DNA of 64,000 bases from Gammaproteobacteria bacterium (GCA_965243395.1 CBDEUS010000001.1:32001-96000); one strand, 5' to 3'; counted from the stretch's first letter, positions 26,310-37,178 are shown. Notes: generated by a model not told the origin, from the sequence alone. A program made the numbers and translations.

Positions 26310-27776
26310 ATGGATTCCGCACAATTTGACTCACTAAAAAACCAAGGTTACACCTGTATTCCGCTGGTGCGTGAAGTGCTGGCAGATCTTGATACCCCTC
26401 TTAGTGCTTACTTAAAGCTAGCTCATCAGCCTTACACCTATTTATTTGAGTCGGTGCAGGGGGGAGAACGTTGGGGTCGTTATTCTTTTATTGGTTTATC
26501 TTGTGCTGAACGCATTAAAGTATTTGGCAATAAAATAGTACATGAGTTTGATAAAGATGCTAATGAGGAACATGTTGATGACCCATTAGGCTGGATTCAA
26601 AACTATTTACAACAATTTCATGTTCCAGATATTCCTGATTTGCCACGTTTTACGGGTGGTGTTGTAGGCTATTTCGGTTATGAAACAATTCAATACATAG
26701 AACCGCGTCTTAAAAAAGCTACAAAACCTGATGTGCTGCAAACACCTGATATTTTTTTGATGGTATCAAAAGAATTAGTAGTTTTTGATAACTTAAGCGG
26801 GAAGATTTTCTTAATTGTTCATGTTGACCCAAAAGATGATCAAGCATTAGAACACGGAAAACAGAAATTAAATTCACTAACAGAAATGCTTCATCATATT
26901 GTGCCAGATGTAAATGCTAACTCGACTGTGTCTAATGTAAATTTCGTTACCGAGTATCCTGAAGATGAATTCAAACAAGCGGTAGAGTCAACCCGTGATT
27001 ACATTCGTGCTGGAGATGTAATGCAGGTTGTTTTGTCTCAGAGACAAAGCACAGATTTTACGGTTCCCCCCATCAACTTATATCGTAGTTTACGAAGCTT
27101 GAACCCTTCTCCCTACATGTATTACATGAACATGAATGATTTTTATATTGTAGGTTCCTCGCCAGAAATTTTAGTGAGGTTAGAAGACGGTGAAGTCACA
27201 GTAAGACCTATAGCAGGCACTAGACCGCGCGGGGATGATGCTCAGCTAGACATAGCATTTGAGAAAGAGTTACTGGCCGACCCTAAAGAGTTAGCCGAGC
27301 ATCTAATGCTAATAGACCTTGGTCGAAACGATGTGGGGCGCGTTGCAAAAACAGGAACAGTACAGTTGACTGACAAGATGATTATTGAACGTTATTCTCA
27401 TGTTATGCATATCGTTTCAAATGTAATTGGGGAGCTTGGTGAAAATCTAGATGCTATTGATGTATTAAAAGCAACTTTCCCAGCGGGCACAGTGAGTGGC
27501 GCGCCCAAAATACGTGCGATGGAAATTATTGACGAATTTGAACCAACTAAACGCGGAATTTATTCTGGTGCGGTGGGATATATTTCGTGGGATGGAAATA
27601 TGGATACCGCCATAGCAATACGCACTGCAGTTATTAAAGATGAAAAGCTTTATATACAGGCAGGCGCAGGGATTGTTTATGATTCAATTCCAGAAAATGA
27701 ATGGATAGAAACTAACAATAAAGCCGGTGCAATGAAGAAAGCCGCTGAGCTTGCTAATTTAATTAATCAAAAGTGA
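26310..27776 (+). CDS. trpE: Anthranilate synthase component I
   Basis: Motifs 'LFESVQGGERWGRYS', 'NPSPYM', 'PIAGTRPRG', 'EHLMLIDLGRND', 'FPAGTVSGAPKIRAM'. Confidence 0.97.
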   Translation: MDSAQFDSLKNQGYTCIPLVREVLADLDTPLSAYLKLAHQPYTYLFESVQGGERWGRYSFIGLSCAERIKVFGNKIVHEFDKDANEEHVDDPLGWIQNYLQQFHVPDIPDLPRFTGGVVGYFGYETIQYIEPRLKKATKPDVLQTPDIFLMVSKELVVFDNLSGKIFLIVHVDPKDDQALEHGKQKLNSLTEMLHHIVPDVNANSTVSNVNFVTEYPEDEFKQAVESTRDYIRAGDVMQVVLSQRQSTDFTVPPINLYRSLRSLNPSPYMYYMNMNDFYIVGSSPEILVRLEDGEVTVRPIAGTRPRGDDAQLDIAFEKELLADPKELAEHLMLIDLGRNDVGRVAKTGTVQLTDKMIIERYSHVMHIVSNVIGELGENLDAIDVLKATFPAGTVSGAPKIRAMEIIDEFEPTKRGIYSGAVGYISWDGNMDTAIAIRTAVIKDEKLYIQAGAGIVYDSIPENEWIETNNKAGAMKKAAELANLINQK

Positions 27777-27785
27777 ATTAATACC

Positions 27786-28367
27786 ATGATATTAATGATC
27801 GACAACTATGATTCGTTCACTTACAACCTCGTGCAATATTTAGGTGAGATTGGTGAGGAAGTAAAGGTGGTACGAAATGATCAGATTGGTGTGAAAGAAA
27901 TTAAAAACTTGCAACCTGATCATATTGTTATTTCTCCAGGACCATGTACGCCGAATGAAGCGGGTGTTTCGTTGGAAACTATTACTGAGCTAGGTGGTGA
28001 AATACCCATTCTGGGCGTTTGCCTGGGGCACCAAAGCATAGGTCAAGCCTATGGCGGTAATATCGTTAAAGCCCAGGAAGTCATGCATGGTAAAACATCC
28101 AAAGTTCATCATCACAATAAACATGTATTTGAAAAATGCGACAACCCTTTTACCGCAACACGCTATCATTCCTTAGTCATTGAAAAACAATCTATACCAG
28201 AATGTTTAGAAGTTACAGCGTGGACTGAAGATGAGTCGGGTGAATTGGATGAAATCATGGGGGTGCGCCATAAACAGTTTGCGGTTGAAGGTGTGCAGTT
28301 TCATCCAGAATCCATACTTACCGATTTTGGCCATCACTTATTAACCAATTTTGTTCGTCAAAACTAA
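27786..28367 (+). CDS. trpG: Anthranilate/ADC synthase component II (glutamine amidotransferase)
   Basis: Motifs '[11 protein letters not shown]', 'SPGPCTP', 'GVCLGHQ', 'RYHSL', 'QFHPES'. Confidence 0.95.
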   Translation: MILMIDNYDSFTYNLVQYLGEIGEEVKVVRNDQIGVKEIKNLQPDHIVISPGPCTPNEAGVSLETITELGGEIPILGVCLGHQSIGQAYGGNIVKAQEVMHGKTSKVHHHNKHVFEKCDNPFTATRYHSLVIEKQSIPECLEVTAWTEDESGELDEIMGVRHKQFAVEGVQFHPESILTDFGHHLLTNFVRQN

Positions 28368-28375
28368 CTTTCATT

Positions 28376-29395
28376 ATGAATATACAACAAGCAATTAATA
28401 CCGTAATTGAAGGGAATAATTTAAATCGCGATGACATGACAACAGTAATGCGAAGTGTGATGTCAGGTGAAGCTACGCCTTCGCAAGTTGCAGGTTTGCT
28501 TGTGGCCTTGCGTATGAAAGGCGAAGTGGTGGACGAGATTTCTGCCGCCGCATCTGTGATGCGTGAACTATCTACCAAGGTAAATGTTGCCTCTGAAAAC
28601 TTAGTGGATACTTGCGGCACAGGTGGAGATGCTAAAGGTACGTTTAATGTTTCAACTACTGCTGCATTTGTTGTGGCGGCTGCCGGCGCTAGGGTGGCTA
28701 AGCATGGTAATCGTTCGGTATCGAGTAAAAGTGGAAGTGCTGATCTGCTAGAAAAAGCAGGGGTGAATTTACAACTCACACCAGAACAGGTGGCAAAATG
28801 TATAGAAGAGTTGGGTATAGGCTTTTTATTTGCGCCAGCCCACCACAGTGCTATGAAACATGCTATTGGTCCACGTAAAGAACTTGGCATAAGGACAATA
28901 TTTAATTTACTCGGTCCTTTGACAAATCCTGCCAATGCACCACACCAAGTATTGGGTGTGTTTAGTAGCGAATGGGTTGAGCCATTGGCAAAAGTCTTAC
29001 AGTCGCTTGGAAGTAAACATGTATTAGTTGTACATGCAGATGATGGTTTAGACGAAATTAGTATTAACAGTGATACTCAAGTAGCTGAGTTAATAGATGG
29101 AGAAGTTAAGAATTATTCAATTTCACCGGAACAATTTGGTATGCAAAAAAGAAGTCTTGAAGAAATTGTCGCTAGCGATGTTTCCGAGAGCCTACAAATT
29201 GTAAATAATGTTTTTGAAAATCAAGCAGGCGCTGCATTAGATATTGTAAGACTTAATGCTGGTGCTGCAATTTATGCAAGTGATAAAGCTGCAAGTTTAG
29301 AAGAGGGTATAGTGCAAGCTACTAACGTTATAGAAAATGGTGCTGCAAAAAATAAATTTCAACAGTACATAGAATTTACAAAAAGTATGAGTTAA
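28376..29395 (+). CDS. trpD: Anthranilate phosphoribosyltransferase
   Basis: Motifs 'DTCGTGGD', '[15 protein letters not shown]', '[14 protein letters not shown]', 'DGLDEIS'. Confidence 0.97.
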   Translation: MNIQQAINTVIEGNNLNRDDMTTVMRSVMSGEATPSQVAGLLVALRMKGEVVDEISAAASVMRELSTKVNVASENLVDTCGTGGDAKGTFNVSTTAAFVVAAAGARVAKHGNRSVSSKSGSADLLEKAGVNLQLTPEQVAKCIEELGIGFLFAPAHHSAMKHAIGPRKELGIRTIFNLLGPLTNPANAPHQVLGVFSSEWVEPLAKVLQSLGSKHVLVVHADDGLDEISINSDTQVAELIDGEVKNYSISPEQFGMQKRSLEEIVASDVSESLQIVNNVFENQAGAALDIVRLNAGAAIYASDKAASLEEGIVQATNVIENGAAKNKFQQYIEFTKSMS

Positions 29396-29397
29396 AA

Positions 29398-30195
29398 ATG
29401 ATGGATCAGCCAGAAATACTAAAAAAAATAATTGCACATAAAGAAAAGGAACTTGTAGAACGTAAATTACATATGCCGCTTGAAAAATTTCAAGAAATGG
29501 CAAAAGAAGCACCGGCACCACGTGGATTTGAGCGGACATTACGAGCTGCTCAAGCATCAAAACGGCCCGGTGTTATTGCCGAAATTAAGCGCGCATCACC
29601 CAGTAAAGGAATATTACGCGAAAAGTTTAATCCGATGGAGATTGCAGCTAGCTATCAAATGAATGGTGCAAGCTGTGTTTCCATATTAACAGATAGTGAG
29701 TTCTTTAAAGGTTCTTGTGCAATTTTAGAGCTGGCACGTAAAACCTGTTTTCTGCCAATTTTGCGCAAGGATTTTATTATTGATTCTTATCAAGTGTATG
29801 AGACTCGTGCGATTGATGCGGACTGTTTGTTATTAATTGTTGCAGCTTTAGAAGATGAGCAGATGGCTGAGCTCTATGCATTAGGAAAAGAATTACATCT
29901 TGATATATTGGTTGAAATACATAATCAAGAAGAACTGGATCGAGCGCTCAAACTTGAACCAACAATGATTGGTATCAATAACCGCAATTTAAATACTTTT
30001 GATGTTTCATTGGAGACTACGTTTGAATTGTTATCTAAAATTCCAGATGATTGTCATGTTGTGACAGAAAGTGGAATTCACACTAAAGAAGACATCGCTT
30101 TAATGAATGAAAAAGGAGTTAATTCATTCTTGGTAGGCGAGGCATTTATGGTGGCAGATAATCCAGGCGCAAAGCTTAAAGAATTATTTTTCTGA
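29398..30195 (+). CDS. trpC: Indole-3-glycerol-phosphate synthase
   Basis: Motifs 'IAEIKRASPSKG', 'LRKDFI', 'IGINNRNL', 'TESGI', 'LVGEAFM'. Confidence 0.97.
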   Translation: MMDQPEILKKIIAHKEKELVERKLHMPLEKFQEMAKEAPAPRGFERTLRAAQASKRPGVIAEIKRASPSKGILREKFNPMEIAASYQMNGASCVSILTDSEFFKGSCAILELARKTCFLPILRKDFIIDSYQVYETRAIDADCLLLIVAALEDEQMAELYALGKELHLDILVEIHNQEELDRALKLEPTMIGINNRNLNTFDVSLETTFELLSKIPDDCHVVTESGIHTKEDIALMNEKGVNSFLVGEAFMVADNPGAKLKELFF

Positions 30196-30238
30196 TTTAC
30201 TGCGAGCGCAAAATTAAGCAAACCTCATCTTAGTTTTT

Positions 30239-30610
30239 TTATTGATAAGTAGGAGCGTGATACGCTAAGACTTTTCCGCCTTGTCGAACAATCGCAACAG
30301 ATCCATAGCCTATAATTGGCTTAGTTGATGGCTCAGGTTTCTTCACTTTGCTATCAATCCATTTGAAGGCATCTTCTAGTTTATGAGGGACAAGTTCACA
30401 TAGACGAATCCGGCCTTTCTTGGTTTGAGTAAGTAATCCAGCTTTACTTAATACACCAATATGCTTGCTCACCGCTTGCTGTGTTAAATCAAAATGGCTC
30501 ACGAGGTCTGAGCAAGTTTTTGGGCCTTTCTCAAGTTGAGCCAGTATCTGCAGACGAGTGGCATCGCCTAATGCAGTAAAGGTATTTGCTAAATTTGTAT
30601 ATACAACCAT
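30239..30610 (-). CDS. ArsR/SmtB family transcriptional regulator
   Basis: Motifs 'FTALGDATRLQIL', 'LTQQAVSKHIGVLSKAGLL..KKGR'. Confidence 0.88.
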   Translation of the reverse strand: MVVYTNLANTFTALGDATRLQILAQLEKGPKTCSDLVSHFDLTQQAVSKHIGVLSKAGLLTQTKKGRIRLCELVPHKLEDAFKWIDSKVKKPEPSTKPIIGYGSVAIVRQGGKVLAYHAPTYQ

Positions 30611-30620
30611 ATAGTTGTAT
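30601..30620. promoter_or_regulatory. Palindromic operator overlapping the ArsR start codon
   Basis: ATACAAC-CATATA-GTTGTAT, a perfect 7-6-7 inverted repeat in the divergent arsR/oxidoreductase region. Confidence 0.65.
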
Positions 30621-30686
30621 ATTAAATGAACCCGATTTAATAGTCAAATTTCCATAGATATGAAGCGATGAGGAGGGTTTATAACA

Positions 30687-32987
30687 ATGCAAACTCATAA
30701 ACTTAAAGTAGATGATGGACATACACTTCATCACGTCACCTGCCCACACGATTGTCCAGATTCTTGTTCAATGCTGGTCACAAGGAATGAGGCCACTGGA
30801 AAAGCAGTTCGAATTCAGGGTGATCCCACTCATCCAATTACTAAAGGTTATCTATGTAACAAGGTAAATCACTACCTTGATTTGGTTTATAACGAAAGTC
30901 GTGTTCTCTACCCACATAAACGAGTTGGGCCAAAGGGTCCGGGTGCTAAGTTTGAAAGAATAAGTTGGGACGAAGCACTTAATTGCATTACAAACAATTT
31001 TAAAAAAGTAATTTCTGAATTTGGTAGTCAGGCAATTCAGCCTTATTCTTATTCTGGAACCATGGGAATGGTTGGGTATTGGACTATGGATTCACGGTTT
31101 TGGAACAAGATGCAAGCCAACGGACTTGTTCGGTCGATTTGTACATATGCTGCTACAGAAGCGACGACTCAAACATACGGTTTAGCTCATCCCAACATGT
31201 CTATACATGAGGCGGCAACGGAAGCTGACATTATGATTCTATGGGGTGCAAATTTAGTCAGCACAGGTGTGCATGCAATTCCGTTTATTCGTGAAGCTAA
31301 AGAACGAGGTATGAAGTTAATTGTCGTTGATCCCCGTGTCACGCGAACAACAATGATGGCTGATTGGCATATTCAACCTAAACCCGGAACCGATGCAGCG
31401 CTAGCGTTGGGAATGATGAAAGTAATCGTAGATGCTGGACTGCATGATATTGAATTCTTAAAAGAACAAACAAATGGTTGGGAAGCGTTATTAGAAACAA
31501 AACTACCGGATTATCCACTCAATAAAGTTGAACGTATTACTGGTATTCCAGCAGAGGAGATCAAAAAGTTTGCTTTGCAATATGCTTCGACAAAGAAATC
31601 ATTTATACGTGCAAATTACGGTTTAAACCGTCATCAAAATGCAGGACAAATGTGTCGATCTGTTTTGATACTTCCATGCATAACTGGCGCATGGCGTGAA
31701 GCATGTGGAGGTGCTTGTTTTGGTAACCTAGAAGAAATGTGGTGCCGTTGGGATTTGGATAAATTACATCGTACTGATCTTGGGTCAAGTGATCGTGCTA
31801 TCAACATGGTGCAATTAGGTCAGGCATTAGTTGATAACTTGGGAATTTCTGAACAAACATTAGATCCACCTATTAAAAGTCTTTTTGTATACAACTCAGA
31901 CCCAGCAAACTGTGCTCCAAATTCAAATAAAGTCAGACAAGGCTTAATGCGCGAAGATTTATTTGTAGCAGTGCATGAAACCTTTTGGACAGATACATGC
32001 AACTATGCCGACATTGTTATCCCTGCAGATACACAATTAGAACGTACAGATTTGTTTGCTACATACGGCAATTGGTACTACAGCATGAATAAGCCAGTAA
32101 TAGATCCGCTCGGCGAAAGTATTCGAAACTCTGAGCTTTTCCGTTTATTAGCTAAAAAGATGGGTTATGTTGAAAAAGAAGACAATGCATTCACGCAAAC
32201 AGATGAAGAAATTATTCGTGACATCATGTTTGATGAAGGAACACACAATCCGTTGATGGAAGGAATTACATATGAAGATATTCAAGAAAATGGATTTGTG
32301 CGCGCTAATACAAATTCTGAAAGAAGAAATTTTATAAAAAATGGTTGGCCCACTCCCTCTGGGAAAATCGATATTTGGTGTGCGGCCTTATTGGAACAAG
32401 GTGTCGATCCATTGCCTACGTACATCCCTGAATTAGAAGGGCAAGAAGATCCCAAGCGAGAAAAATATCCGCTACAAGTGTTAAGTAGTGCAGCGCACTA
32501 TTTTATTGGCGACTCATTTCAGTCTGTACCTAGATTGCAAGCAATGATGTCTAGACCAACCGTAGAGTTAAATAATGAAGAGGCACAAAAGCGCAATATT
32601 CAGGATGGAGATTTATGCAGATTATTCAATGATAGAGGTGAAACCTATGCATATGCGCTGATTGTCGATGGTTTACTACCAGGAGTATGTTCAACACAAA
32701 AACAGTATAAGGGCAGCAATACACCGGGTGGTGTAAATGTAAATGCACTTAACTCGGAAATATTAACTGATTTTGGTAATAGCCCGACTTTTTATTCCTG
32801 CTTAGTAGAAGTTGAAAAAGCTAATCAGGAAATGATTGCAAAATTGTTGCTAGAAGAATGGGGAGGTAAAGATGGATATGTAAAGAAATGGCGAGCCGAT
32901 CCACGCAATGAAAATATAAGTGCAACAGATGAAGAAATTCTAAATTTTGCTGAAAAACAGAATCCGGGTGTATTTGATAATTTTTAA
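30687..32987 (+). CDS. Cytoplasmic molybdopterin (bis-MGD, DMSO reductase superfamily) oxidoreductase
   Basis: Fe-S motif 'CPHDCPDSC..LCNK', plus 'RISWDEAL', 'VVDP', 'PKPGTDAAL', 'TCNYADIVIPA', 'TPSGKI', 'FNDRG'. No Tat signal. Confidence 0.9.
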   Translation: MQTHKLKVDDGHTLHHVTCPHDCPDSCSMLVTRNEATGKAVRIQGDPTHPITKGYLCNKVNHYLDLVYNESRVLYPHKRVGPKGPGAKFERISWDEALNCITNNFKKVISEFGSQAIQPYSYSGTMGMVGYWTMDSRFWNKMQANGLVRSICTYAATEATTQTYGLAHPNMSIHEAATEADIMILWGANLVSTGVHAIPFIREAKERGMKLIVVDPRVTRTTMMADWHIQPKPGTDAALALGMMKVIVDAGLHDIEFLKEQTNGWEALLETKLPDYPLNKVERITGIPAEEIKKFALQYASTKKSFIRANYGLNRHQNAGQMCRSVLILPCITGAWREACGGACFGNLEEMWCRWDLDKLHRTDLGSSDRAINMVQLGQALVDNLGISEQTLDPPIKSLFVYNSDPANCAPNSNKVRQGLMREDLFVAVHETFWTDTCNYADIVIPADTQLERTDLFATYGNWYYSMNKPVIDPLGESIRNSELFRLLAKKMGYVEKEDNAFTQTDEEIIRDIMFDEGTHNPLMEGITYEDIQENGFVRANTNSERRNFIKNGWPTPSGKIDIWCAALLEQGVDPLPTYIPELEGQEDPKREKYPLQVLSSAAHYFIGDSFQSVPRLQAMMSRPTVELNNEEAQKRNIQDGDLCRLFNDRGETYAYALIVDGLLPGVCSTQKQYKGSNTPGGVNVNALNSEILTDFGNSPTFYSCLVEVEKANQEMIAKLLLEEWGGKDGYVKKWRADPRNENISATDEEILNFAEKQNPGVFDNF

Positions 32988-33021
32988 TTAAATATCTATT
33001 AGGTATTGAGACTAATTATGA

Positions 33022-33609
33022 CTACTCACCGTCATACACTTCCAGCTGTATATCATTCATTGAATACCCGGCAAATCCATACTCGCTGTCAACGCTGTCC
33101 GTCGTCATAGTCCCTGTTACCCACACTGCATCCTCTAACCACCTTTGTTCGAGTTCGCTATCGGGTTTTACATATACAATTTGATTGGAGGGGGGTGGAG
33201 GAACATGAATACATGCTCCAAAGTAGGGTGCAAGTAAAAACTCACTGAACGTTCCATTTTCAAAATCAAATTCTAGCGGTACGATAAAGCCAGGAATTCT
33301 GACGTATTCACCATCCAGTTCTTGAACGATGGGAGCTGCGCGTAATTCATTCTGCATTTTTTCATACGCACTTTGCGCTTCCTCTGATCCATCCTCTTCC
33401 TCTTCACTTCCAAATTCTAGTCCATCGAAAATTCCACCCAATATAGATTTTTGTTTTTTTTCTAAAGATTCGAAATAACCTTCCGGAGCCAAGTCGCCCC
33501 ATTCAAGCATGCGTGCATCTTTTGCTATTAATGTTTCATTAGTTAGCAAAACGAAAACTACAAACATAAAGCCACTATATAAGAAATATTTTGAAGTAAT
33601 GTATTTCAT
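33022..33609 (-). CDS. DUF3299 family protein
   Basis: Motifs 'LEWGDL', 'VRIPGFIVPLE', 'EFLLAPYFGACIHVPPPPSNQIVYV'. ATG 33609 overlaps the permease TGA. Confidence 0.88.
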   Translation of the reverse strand: MKYITSKYFLYSGFMFVVFVLLTNETLIAKDARMLEWGDLAPEGYFESLEKKQKSILGGIFDGLEFGSEEEEDGSEEAQSAYEKMQNELRAAPIVQELDGEYVRIPGFIVPLEFDFENGTFSEFLLAPYFGACIHVPPPPSNQIVYVKPDSELEQRWLEDAVWVTGTMTTDSVDSEYGFAGYSMNDIQLEVYDGE

Positions 33610-34871
33610 AATCGAATAGTTAGCCCGTCTTGTAGTGTTTTTCGATAGGCGCTGATTGCAGGATAAAGAGCTGCTAAAAAGCCTCCAACTAATACGATTC
33701 CTAACATTAGCCATTGGAACTTAGTGGGAGGGTTAAGTTCAATGTTAAAGCCAAATGTGCTGAATAAAAGTGGATTAATAAGCATCAAAAATAAATATAA
33801 AAAAGCTAAGCCAAAAAATATACCCAGGGATACTAATATTTCAGATTCAATCACCATTAATGAAAAAATAGTTCTGGGTGAAGCACCAACCGAGCGAAGA
33901 ATTGCAATTTCACGTCGACGTTCATTTAAGTTAGTTAATAATATAGTCAACATTCCAATTAAACTGGTTAATACAACAAGCCCGGCAATTACAAAAAGTG
34001 CTTTTTCTATAATCTCGACTACTTTCCAGAGTTCTAACAATGCTATTCCGGGCATTATGGCGAGTAAAGGTTCGGATTTATATTCATTGATGCCGCGTCG
34101 TATCGAAAATATGTCGTGTTTACTTTTCAGTCCCAGAAGAAAAGCGGTTATCGATTTAGGTTCAAGAGATGCACTATCAAGGTATAGTTCTTTTTTTTGA
34201 ATCGTGTGAGATGGCGCCCCCTGTTCCCAGCCAACATGAACTGCTTCAAGCCCAGTAAGTGAAATTAAAACCGATCGATCAAGCGGAGTGCCAGTAGGCT
34301 TAAGTATACCCGTTACGGTAAAGGGTGAGTCTTTATGGTCTGCAAAATCTGCACTGTTTATGCCATGCGAAATAATAATTTTTTCGCCTAGCTGGTATTC
34401 AAGTGACTTTGCAACTTTTGCTCCTATTACTGCATCATAAATTCCAGAGAAAACAACACCGTCAGAAAGTTCTAAAGTACGACCTTTACCATATTTATAA
34501 TATTTAAAAATATCTTCTGTCGTGCCAACGACACGGAAGCCTTTATGAGAATCCCCAAGTGAAATGGGTACAGACCAATTCACTCTAGGGTGTTTCTTTA
34601 TTTTGCTATAACTTTTCCAAGAGACATTATTAGTCGCATTGCCAATATGAAAAATACTGTATAGAAGTAATTGCACAGAGCCGCTTCTGGACCCCACAAT
34701 TAAATCTGTATCGCTGACTGTATTAGTAAATTTTTCTTTAGCTTGTACACGAATGATGTCTACACCTAGCAATAACACAATACTTATGGCCAAAGAAAGA
34801 ATGGTCAATCCTATTGTTAGTTTGCGAAAACGCAGGCTTTTAATTGCCAACTGAAAAATTCTCTGAATCAT
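33606..34871 (-). CDS. ABC transporter permease, MacB/FtsX type (ZrgC-like)
   Basis: Motifs 'DLIVGSRSGSVQLLLYSIFHIG', 'PISLGDSHKGFRVVGT', 'ERRREIAILRSVGA'. Confidence 0.9.
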   Translation of the reverse strand: MIQRIFQLAIKSLRFRKLTIGLTILSLAISIVLLLGVDIIRVQAKEKFTNTVSDTDLIVGSRSGSVQLLLYSIFHIGNATNNVSWKSYSKIKKHPRVNWSVPISLGDSHKGFRVVGTTEDIFKYYKYGKGRTLELSDGVVFSGIYDAVIGAKVAKSLEYQLGEKIIISHGINSADFADHKDSPFTVTGILKPTGTPLDRSVLISLTGLEAVHVGWEQGAPSHTIQKKELYLDSASLEPKSITAFLLGLKSKHDIFSIRRGINEYKSEPLLAIMPGIALLELWKVVEIIEKALFVIAGLVVLTSLIGMLTILLTNLNERRREIAILRSVGASPRTIFSLMVIESEILVSLGIFFGLAFLYLFLMLINPLLFSTFGFNIELNPPTKFQWLMLGIVLVGGFLAALYPAISAYRKTLQDGLTIRL

Positions 34872-35572
34872 TGGGTGTTTTGATTAATATCATCAAATGA
34901 AATTGAACGATCGAAAAACCTAGAAAGGGAGAGATCATGGCTGACAAATAATACAGCACTGTTACTGCTCTTTGCTTCTTCAAATAACAGTTCTAAAAAC
35001 CCTTGTTTGGTATCTTGATCCAATGCAGATGTAGGCTCATCTGCGATTATCATTTCTGGTGAACCAATCAAGGCGCGTGCTGCAGCAACACGCTGCTGTT
35101 GTCCAGTACTTAGCTCTGTAACATTCTGAGAAATAATTTTTTCATCATCTAATCCTAGAGAAGATAGCAAACGTACAGACTCGTCATAGATATCACGCTT
35201 TTGGATACTTAGCATTTCTTTTCTTTTCCAAGAAAAAGCACATGGCAAAGAAATATTTTCAAATACATTTAAATATGGGATTAAGTTAAACTGCTGGAAG
35301 ATAATTCCTATGTGATCAACACGATATTGATCACGATTTTTTTGGGATAATGATACTAAGTTTTTTCCTAGTACATTAATTTCACCGCTTGTTGGGCTAA
35401 GCACGCCAGAAATTAAATTCAAAAGAGTAGATTTACCACATCCACTCGGGCCATGAATAAATAGTTTTTCGCCTCGATTAAGGCTTAATGAATCTATATT
35501 TAGTAAAGCCGGCTGATCTTTATCCCAGTGAAATCCAACTTTTGAAAGTTCAAGGCACGCACTACCAATCAT
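34868..35572 (-). CDS. ABC transporter ATP-binding protein (ZrgB-like)
   Basis: Walker A 'GPSGCGKS', signature 'LSTGQQQRV', Walker B 'IIADEPT'. Confidence 0.92.
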   Translation of the reverse strand: MIGSACLELSKVGFHWDKDQPALLNIDSLSLNRGEKLFIHGPSGCGKSTLLNLISGVLSPTSGEINVLGKNLVSLSQKNRDQYRVDHIGIIFQQFNLIPYLNVFENISLPCAFSWKRKEMLSIQKRDIYDESVRLLSSLGLDDEKIISQNVTELSTGQQQRVAAARALIGSPEMIIADEPTSALDQDTKQGFLELLFEEAKSSNSAVLFVSHDLSLSRFFDRSISFDDINQNTQ

Positions 35573-35596
35573 AGAGTAATTTTAAATTTTGTTAGA

Positions 35597-36196
35597 TCAT
35601 TCTATTGGCTGAATACGATTATCAGTAGATGCATTGAATAATGCTTGATGTTCATTTGAAATAAATTGCACCTCAATTTTTTCAAGTGTGGGGAAATGAT
35701 CGAATACTAGATATTCTATAGCTTCGAGGTCACTCTCTGAACAATTGAATAAATAATTCACAGTTACATCACTATGGGTTTCTTCGTTATTAGCTTCATC
35801 ATGATCATGTTCTTCATGTTCATGATGCTCGTCAGAATGGGGTTTCAGAATTTCACTGTTTATATAGACAGAATCAATTTTGCATGCACTATTTTTTTTA
35901 AATTGAAATAGATTATCAACCTTTTCAAGGATACCGATTGATTTCGCAATTTTTTTATGTTGTTCGTCATTTTTTGGCGCATGTTCAAAGCCGAATATAT
36001 CAACAGATGAAAAGGATAGATCTATCTTTAAAATATTATTTTCATAAGTGACATTTGCATTCGCATGTCCATGAACATGTGATGCATGTTCCTCAAACTC
36101 ATGAACTTCATCATGATGATGGTGATCTTCTTCAGCATTAACTGGGATTGCCAGGCAAAGTGATATAAAAAAAATAAATACTCTGGCTTTAAGCAT
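35597..36196 (-). CDS. His-rich periplasmic metal-binding protein, DUF2796/ZrgA-like
   Basis: Signal peptide, 'HASHVHG', 'GFEHAP', His/Glu-rich linker, 'HSDV..NYLFNC'. Confidence 0.85.
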   Translation of the reverse strand: MLKARVFIFFISLCLAIPVNAEEDHHHHDEVHEFEEHASHVHGHANANVTYENNILKIDLSFSSVDIFGFEHAPKNDEQHKKIAKSIGILEKVDNLFQFKKNSACKIDSVYINSEILKPHSDEHHEHEEHDHDEANNEETHSDVTVNYLFNCSESDLEAIEYLVFDHFPTLEKIEVQFISNEHQALFNASTDNRIQPIE

Positions 36197-36227
36197 AGAT
36201 TAGATTTTTAAAAGGAGTTTTTTTGAT

Positions 36228-36650
36228 TTATTGGTTTGCACAAGTCAAACGCATATTGTTTGTCGCAACAAGGTTCATAATATGGCCAATTGCATGCACA
36301 ATACCGCCCGAGACGGTTAACCAGGTTTCGCCTTCATGTGGAATGACATGGTTGGCGATTAATGTACCCGCAAAGACTGAAGTAAAAACAAGAATAGCAA
36401 GGCCTGCAGCAGCAATTATGGCAGGAAGAAGTTGTCGGTGACGGCGATATCCTAAAATGACAGCCAAAATACTGAATGGCAATATAAATACTAAAATAAA
36501 ATAATGAAACCAAAATTCATGTAAAGCATGTCCATGTTGTAGCGTAACGGCAAACAAGGGGATAAAGCTTGCAACGATGGGCAATGCGATGCAGTGGATT
36601 ACACATACACACGATAATGTAATTGCGATTCGGTCAAAATAAGATTGCAT
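36228..36650 (-). CDS. MerC-domain membrane protein
   Basis: Motifs 'DRIAITLSCVCVIHCIALP', 'GYRRHR', 'AIGHIMN'. His-containing loops. Confidence 0.8.
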   Translation of the reverse strand: MQSYFDRIAITLSCVCVIHCIALPIVASFIPLFAVTLQHGHALHEFWFHYFILVFILPFSILAVILGYRRHRQLLPAIIAAAGLAILVFTSVFAGTLIANHVIPHEGETWLTVSGGIVHAIGHIMNLVATNNMRLTCANQ

Positions 36651-36673
36651 AATTAATTTTTCTAATTATTAAA

Positions 36674-37135
36674 TTATTGTTGAGCACATTGAGCGCAGGT
36701 GCCATGAATTTCTACATTTACAAGGCTTGGTGTAAAGCCTTGTTTCTTGCTGATATCAAATAGGGCTTTGTTTACTTTTGGTTCACAAAGCTCTTCAACT
36801 TCGTTGCATTTATCACAGATTAAAAATTTACTATCAAAAGATTCATGATCCGTATTGCAACCGATATATGCGTTTTGGCTTTCAATGCGATGAATTAGAT
36901 TATTCTCCTGTAGAAAATCTAAGGCACGATAAACAGTGGGTGGTTTTTCACTAAAATTCTCTGAGCTCAATTGAGCGAGGAGGTCATAGGCTTTAACCGG
37001 TTTATGACTTTTCCAGATCAGTTCTAAAACTTTCTTTCTAATGGGTGTGAGGCGACATTGGCGTGCATTGCAGGTTTCTTCAGCTTTGCGAATGGCTTCT
37101 TTAATACATTGGCTGTGTCGATGTCTTTGCCACAT
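36674..37135 (-). CDS. zur: Fur-family regulator, Zur type
   Basis: Motifs 'RLTPIRKKVLEL', 'KAYDLL', 'PPTVYRALDFL', 'HRIES', CxxC twice. Zur box upstream and Zn-uptake operon downstream. Confidence 0.85.
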   Translation of the reverse strand: MWQRHRHSQCIKEAIRKAEETCNARQCRLTPIRKKVLELIWKSHKPVKAYDLLAQLSSENFSEKPPTVYRALDFLQENNLIHRIESQNAYIGCNTDHESFDSKFLICDKCNEVEELCEPKVNKALFDISKKQGFTPSLVNVEIHGTCAQCAQQ

Positions 37136-37163
37136 AGCTCTTGGTAATTGGTTTAAATAAGAG

Positions 37164-37178
37164 TGTTATAATATAACA
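37164..37178. promoter_or_regulatory. Zur box
   Basis: TGTTATA-A-TATAACA, a perfect match to the gammaproteobacterial Zur core, about 30 bp upstream of zur. Confidence 0.88.

Noticed and set aside
36228-36650. Mercury-resistance operon
   Set aside because: No merR, merA, merT or merP is present, and the context is a Zur-boxed zinc operon.
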